Source: an uncultured delta proteobacterium
Lineage (GTDB): Bacteria > Desulfobacterota > Binatia > UBA9968
Assembly (NCBI GenBank): GCA_963816145.1
Contig: CAWFJP010000001.1
Location: 128,001 to 192,000, forward strand
Reading direction: 5' to 3'
DNA: 64,000 bases
The translations under genes and the position numbers were made by a program. The notes under the pieces are model-generated. The model saw nothing but the letters and a program-made list of their open reading frames with translations, was not told where the DNA came from and did not search any database. Below, piece after piece: positions 61,524 through 64,000 of the stretch (position 1 is its first letter; the number at the start of each line of letters is the position of its first letter).

Positions 61524-62666
61524 GTGAAGCGGTGGAAGGTGAGGCGCAACCTATTTGCCCATCTTGGATTGGTGCTGATGGGCCTGGTGATCAGTGTGTT
61601 GCTGGCCGCGCTCGGCATAGAGGTTACGCTGCGCGTGACGGACGCCGTGCGCGAGGTCGAAGAGCCCCTCTCCGGCTCGCACCAGAGCGATGCGTATCTC
61701 GGCTGGAGTGGCAAACCCAACCTGCGCCTGCGTTTCCGCCGCGCCGAGTTCGACGCGCTGGTGCAGCATGATGCGGAGGGCTGGCGCCGGCCGAAGCCGC
61801 CGCGGCCGGCTGCGCCCACCTCACGCATCCTAGTTCTGGGGGACTCCTTCACCTGGGGCTGGGGTGTCAGCCAGGGACAGGTGTTCACCGACCTGCTGCA
61901 GGCCGGTCTGCCCGCCACAGTCGCCGTGTACAACCGCGGTGTCCCCGGCTTTGGTACCGCGCAGGAATACCTGGTGCTGCAGCGGGAGTTGGCCGCGCGA
62001 ACGTACGATGCGGTGGTGCTGCTGTTCTACATGAACGACTTGTCCGACAATATCAGCGCTAGGCAAGGTCGTCGGCCCTACTTCGAGCTGGTCGATGGGG
62101 AGCTGCGCCCGCGCAACCAACCCGCCTTGCCGGTGATCAATCCGATGAAGCAGTTCCTCAGGGAGCGCAGCCGCGCATACGCGTTCGTCGAGTTCAGGGT
62201 GGAGTTGCTGAGGCGCCGCTTCTTCCGCGAGGCGAACGACGACCGCGAGTACCGGACGGCGGCAGCGGTCGACTTCCACGACGTGCCCGGCTACGCCGTC
62301 ACGGCGCGCCTGCTCGGCGAGATACAGCGGCTGGCGCATAAACACGGAGCACGGTTTTTCCTGGTCTACATTCCGCAGCGCAGCGAGATCGAGCTCGACG
62401 CCCCGTTTCCCTATGTCCGCAGCATCCACGCGATGGTCGACGACATCGCGCGCCGCGAAAACATCCCGCTGATCGACCTCTCACCGCCGTTCCATCAGCA
62501 CACCAAGGCCGGGGAACAGCTCATCTACCCCATCGACGCGCATTGGACTCCAGCCGGGCACCGGGTGGCCGCTGCTGCACTGCTGGAGTCACCGATCTTT
62601 CAGCCGCTCCGCGATGCTAGCGCAAGCGCGCGGCGCGGCCCGGGCCTGGCTGGCCGCCGTCGGTGA
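61524..62666 (+). CDS. SGNH/GDSL family protein with N-terminal TM
   Basis: LVLGDSFTWGWGV, NRGVPGFGT.QE, YMND, DAHWTPAGH. Confidence 0.88.
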   Translation: MKRWKVRRNLFAHLGLVLMGLVISVLLAALGIEVTLRVTDAVREVEEPLSGSHQSDAYLGWSGKPNLRLRFRRAEFDALVQHDAEGWRRPKPPRPAAPTSRILVLGDSFTWGWGVSQGQVFTDLLQAGLPATVAVYNRGVPGFGTAQEYLVLQRELAARTYDAVVLLFYMNDLSDNISARQGRRPYFELVDGELRPRNQPALPVINPMKQFLRERSRAYAFVEFRVELLRRRFFREANDDREYRTAAAVDFHDVPGYAVTARLLGEIQRLAHKHGARFFLVYIPQRSEIELDAPFPYVRSIHAMVDDIARRENIPLIDLSPPFHQHTKAGEQLIYPIDAHWTPAGHRVAAAALLESPIFQPLRDASASARRGPGLAGRRR

Positions 62667-62696
62667 CGGGGTGCGCGCCGAGGGGTGATCGTCGTC

Positions 62697-63782
62697 CTAC
62701 GCACGTGGCCGCTTGGCTTGTCCCCATATCCGCGCGCCGCTTGTGAAATCACGCGGCTTGCGCGCCACCGTTAAAGACCTCCAGAGCGAGGAAAGGCGGA
62801 TATGCGACAGGGTCTGCCGACACAGCGCGGACCGCCAAAACCGCCACCAAACATTCCATCTTCTATCGCTCGCTGTATGCCAGCATACTTTGAACCAGAG
62901 GCGACCAAGCAATTGCGAGAACGCCGGCTCAGGATAGCAGCCTGCCCGGTGATTCGCCGCCTGCAGGCGCAACAACCAGGTCTCTGCCCATTCAAGATAA
63001 TTAAGATCCGGTCTGAACCCTCGTTTCCGCATGCTGCGCAACAACAAGTGACGATTCAGGTCGGAATCAGTAAACGAAACTCCGAGGAGGTGGAGTTGCT
63101 CTGCATAGATAGCCAATCGTCGCTCTGGCGCCCGATCGGCCTTTTCTTGGCTAAGCTGGTTAGCGTGCATCCGACGACGCACCAAGACTTCAGGCAAAGT
63201 GGCGAGCTTGTGATTTGCAGCGATACGCGACCAGAGGTCGAAATCCTCACTGACATCAAATTCCTCTCGATGCCTGTACGCACGCAGCACAACGGTGCGG
63301 GCCATACTGGTGGAATTCTCAATTCCTTGTTGGAAGAGCCGCCACGCTGCGATCTCCTCTGGTGAGGTAGGTTTGCGCTTAATCCTGCCCGACGGGTATC
63401 CTGCTTCGCTCATCCACTCGATCCAAGATCCTACTGCCGCATAATCTGGGTGGCTATCAAGAAAGGCGGTCTGCTTAGCAAGCCGCTCGGGACACGCCCA
63501 ATCGTCGCTGTCCAAAAACGCCAGATACTCGCCGCGCGCGAGTTCAATACCTTTGTTGCGGGTCGGCGACACACCGAGATTGGTATCGTTACACACTAGA
63601 CGAATGCGAGGATCGCCATAGGATCGGACAACGGCTATGCTTCCGTCGTTCGATCCGTCATCGATAACGAGCAGTTCGAAATCAGGAAATGTCTGAGACA
63701 ATATGCTGTCGACTGCAATACCCAAGTACTTTTCCCGATTATAAACCGGAATGACGACAGTGACCTTAGGGGATTCAGTCAT
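62697..63782 (-). CDS. Glycosyltransferase family 2
   Basis: VTVVIPVYNREKYL, IDDGSND, RNKG, AFLDSDD, SEDFDLW. Confidence 0.92.
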   Translation of the reverse strand: MTESPKVTVVIPVYNREKYLGIAVDSILSQTFPDFELLVIDDGSNDGSIAVVRSYGDPRIRLVCNDTNLGVSPTRNKGIELARGEYLAFLDSDDWACPERLAKQTAFLDSHPDYAAVGSWIEWMSEAGYPSGRIKRKPTSPEEIAAWRLFQQGIENSTSMARTVVLRAYRHREEFDVSEDFDLWSRIAANHKLATLPEVLVRRRMHANQLSQEKADRAPERRLAIYAEQLHLLGVSFTDSDLNRHLLLRSMRKRGFRPDLNYLEWAETWLLRLQAANHRAGCYPEPAFSQLLGRLWFKVCWHTASDRRWNVWWRFWRSALCRQTLSHIRLSSLWRSLTVARKPRDFTSGARIWGQAKRPRA

Positions 63783-64000
63783 GTCGAGTACCTATCCATT
63801 CGCATCTCGCACCGAAAGGCTGACGAATTGACGCTGGGCGCAAAAGTCACGCCGTTTTTACTCATAGCCCCTTGACGGTTCACCAAAAAAGCGACGCACA
63901 CGGTCAACCATTGTGTTCTGATTCATAACGACAATGAAAACCTTGCGCATATGACCTGGCGGGCAGGTGAGTGCCCGCACGCCATGCCATGACCTTTGGG

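Noticed and set aside
1-64000. CRISPR array, rRNA, prophage structural genes
   Set aside because: No regularly spaced direct repeats, rRNA-like sequence or phage structural genes were seen.

Overview
GC-rich bacterial window. The gene families resemble Candidatus Binatia/deltaproteobacteria-like genomes, but that taxon call is inference only. Five blocks are visible. (1) 1-16 kb: the end of an alternate (N-type) F-ATPase operon (atpA-atpG) followed by PPK2, an RNB ribonuclease, a two-TM protein plus an orphan TIR-like gene, and a giant cyclic beta-1,2-glucan synthase split by one +1 frameshift. (2) 16-31 kb: a stress/dormancy cluster (3 USPs, YbaK, HPF-CSD, PntAB, Hsp20, Lon-like protease, DksA/TraR) in which eight transcription units each carry a correctly spaced sigma-54 -24/-12 motif. 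(3) 26.7-37.4 kb, overlapping block 2: a nested mobile-DNA zone with an intact IS1182, three kinds of MITE shell holding REP-like palindrome doublets, an hsdR relic, and a DUF559 endonuclease gene flanked by inverted palindromes. An internally deleted derivative of that DUF559 unit sits inside two ISL3-like MITEs. (4) 37-45 kb: ABC transport and catabolic genes, an integrase relic and a marR. (5) From an isolated 3' half of tRNA-Gly at 45287-45331 (att-like scar) to the window end: a sphingolipid-type cluster (fatty acyl-AMP ligase, CerR-like reductase, ACP, serine palmitoyltransferase, MsbA-like exporter, LptF/LptG, LicC-like transferase) with unusual tailoring genes (WaaZ-like and ELM1/GtrOC1-like glycosyltransferases, desaturase, two SGNH proteins, GT2). 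All family calls come from recognising motifs by eye. No searches were run, and match counts were done by hand.
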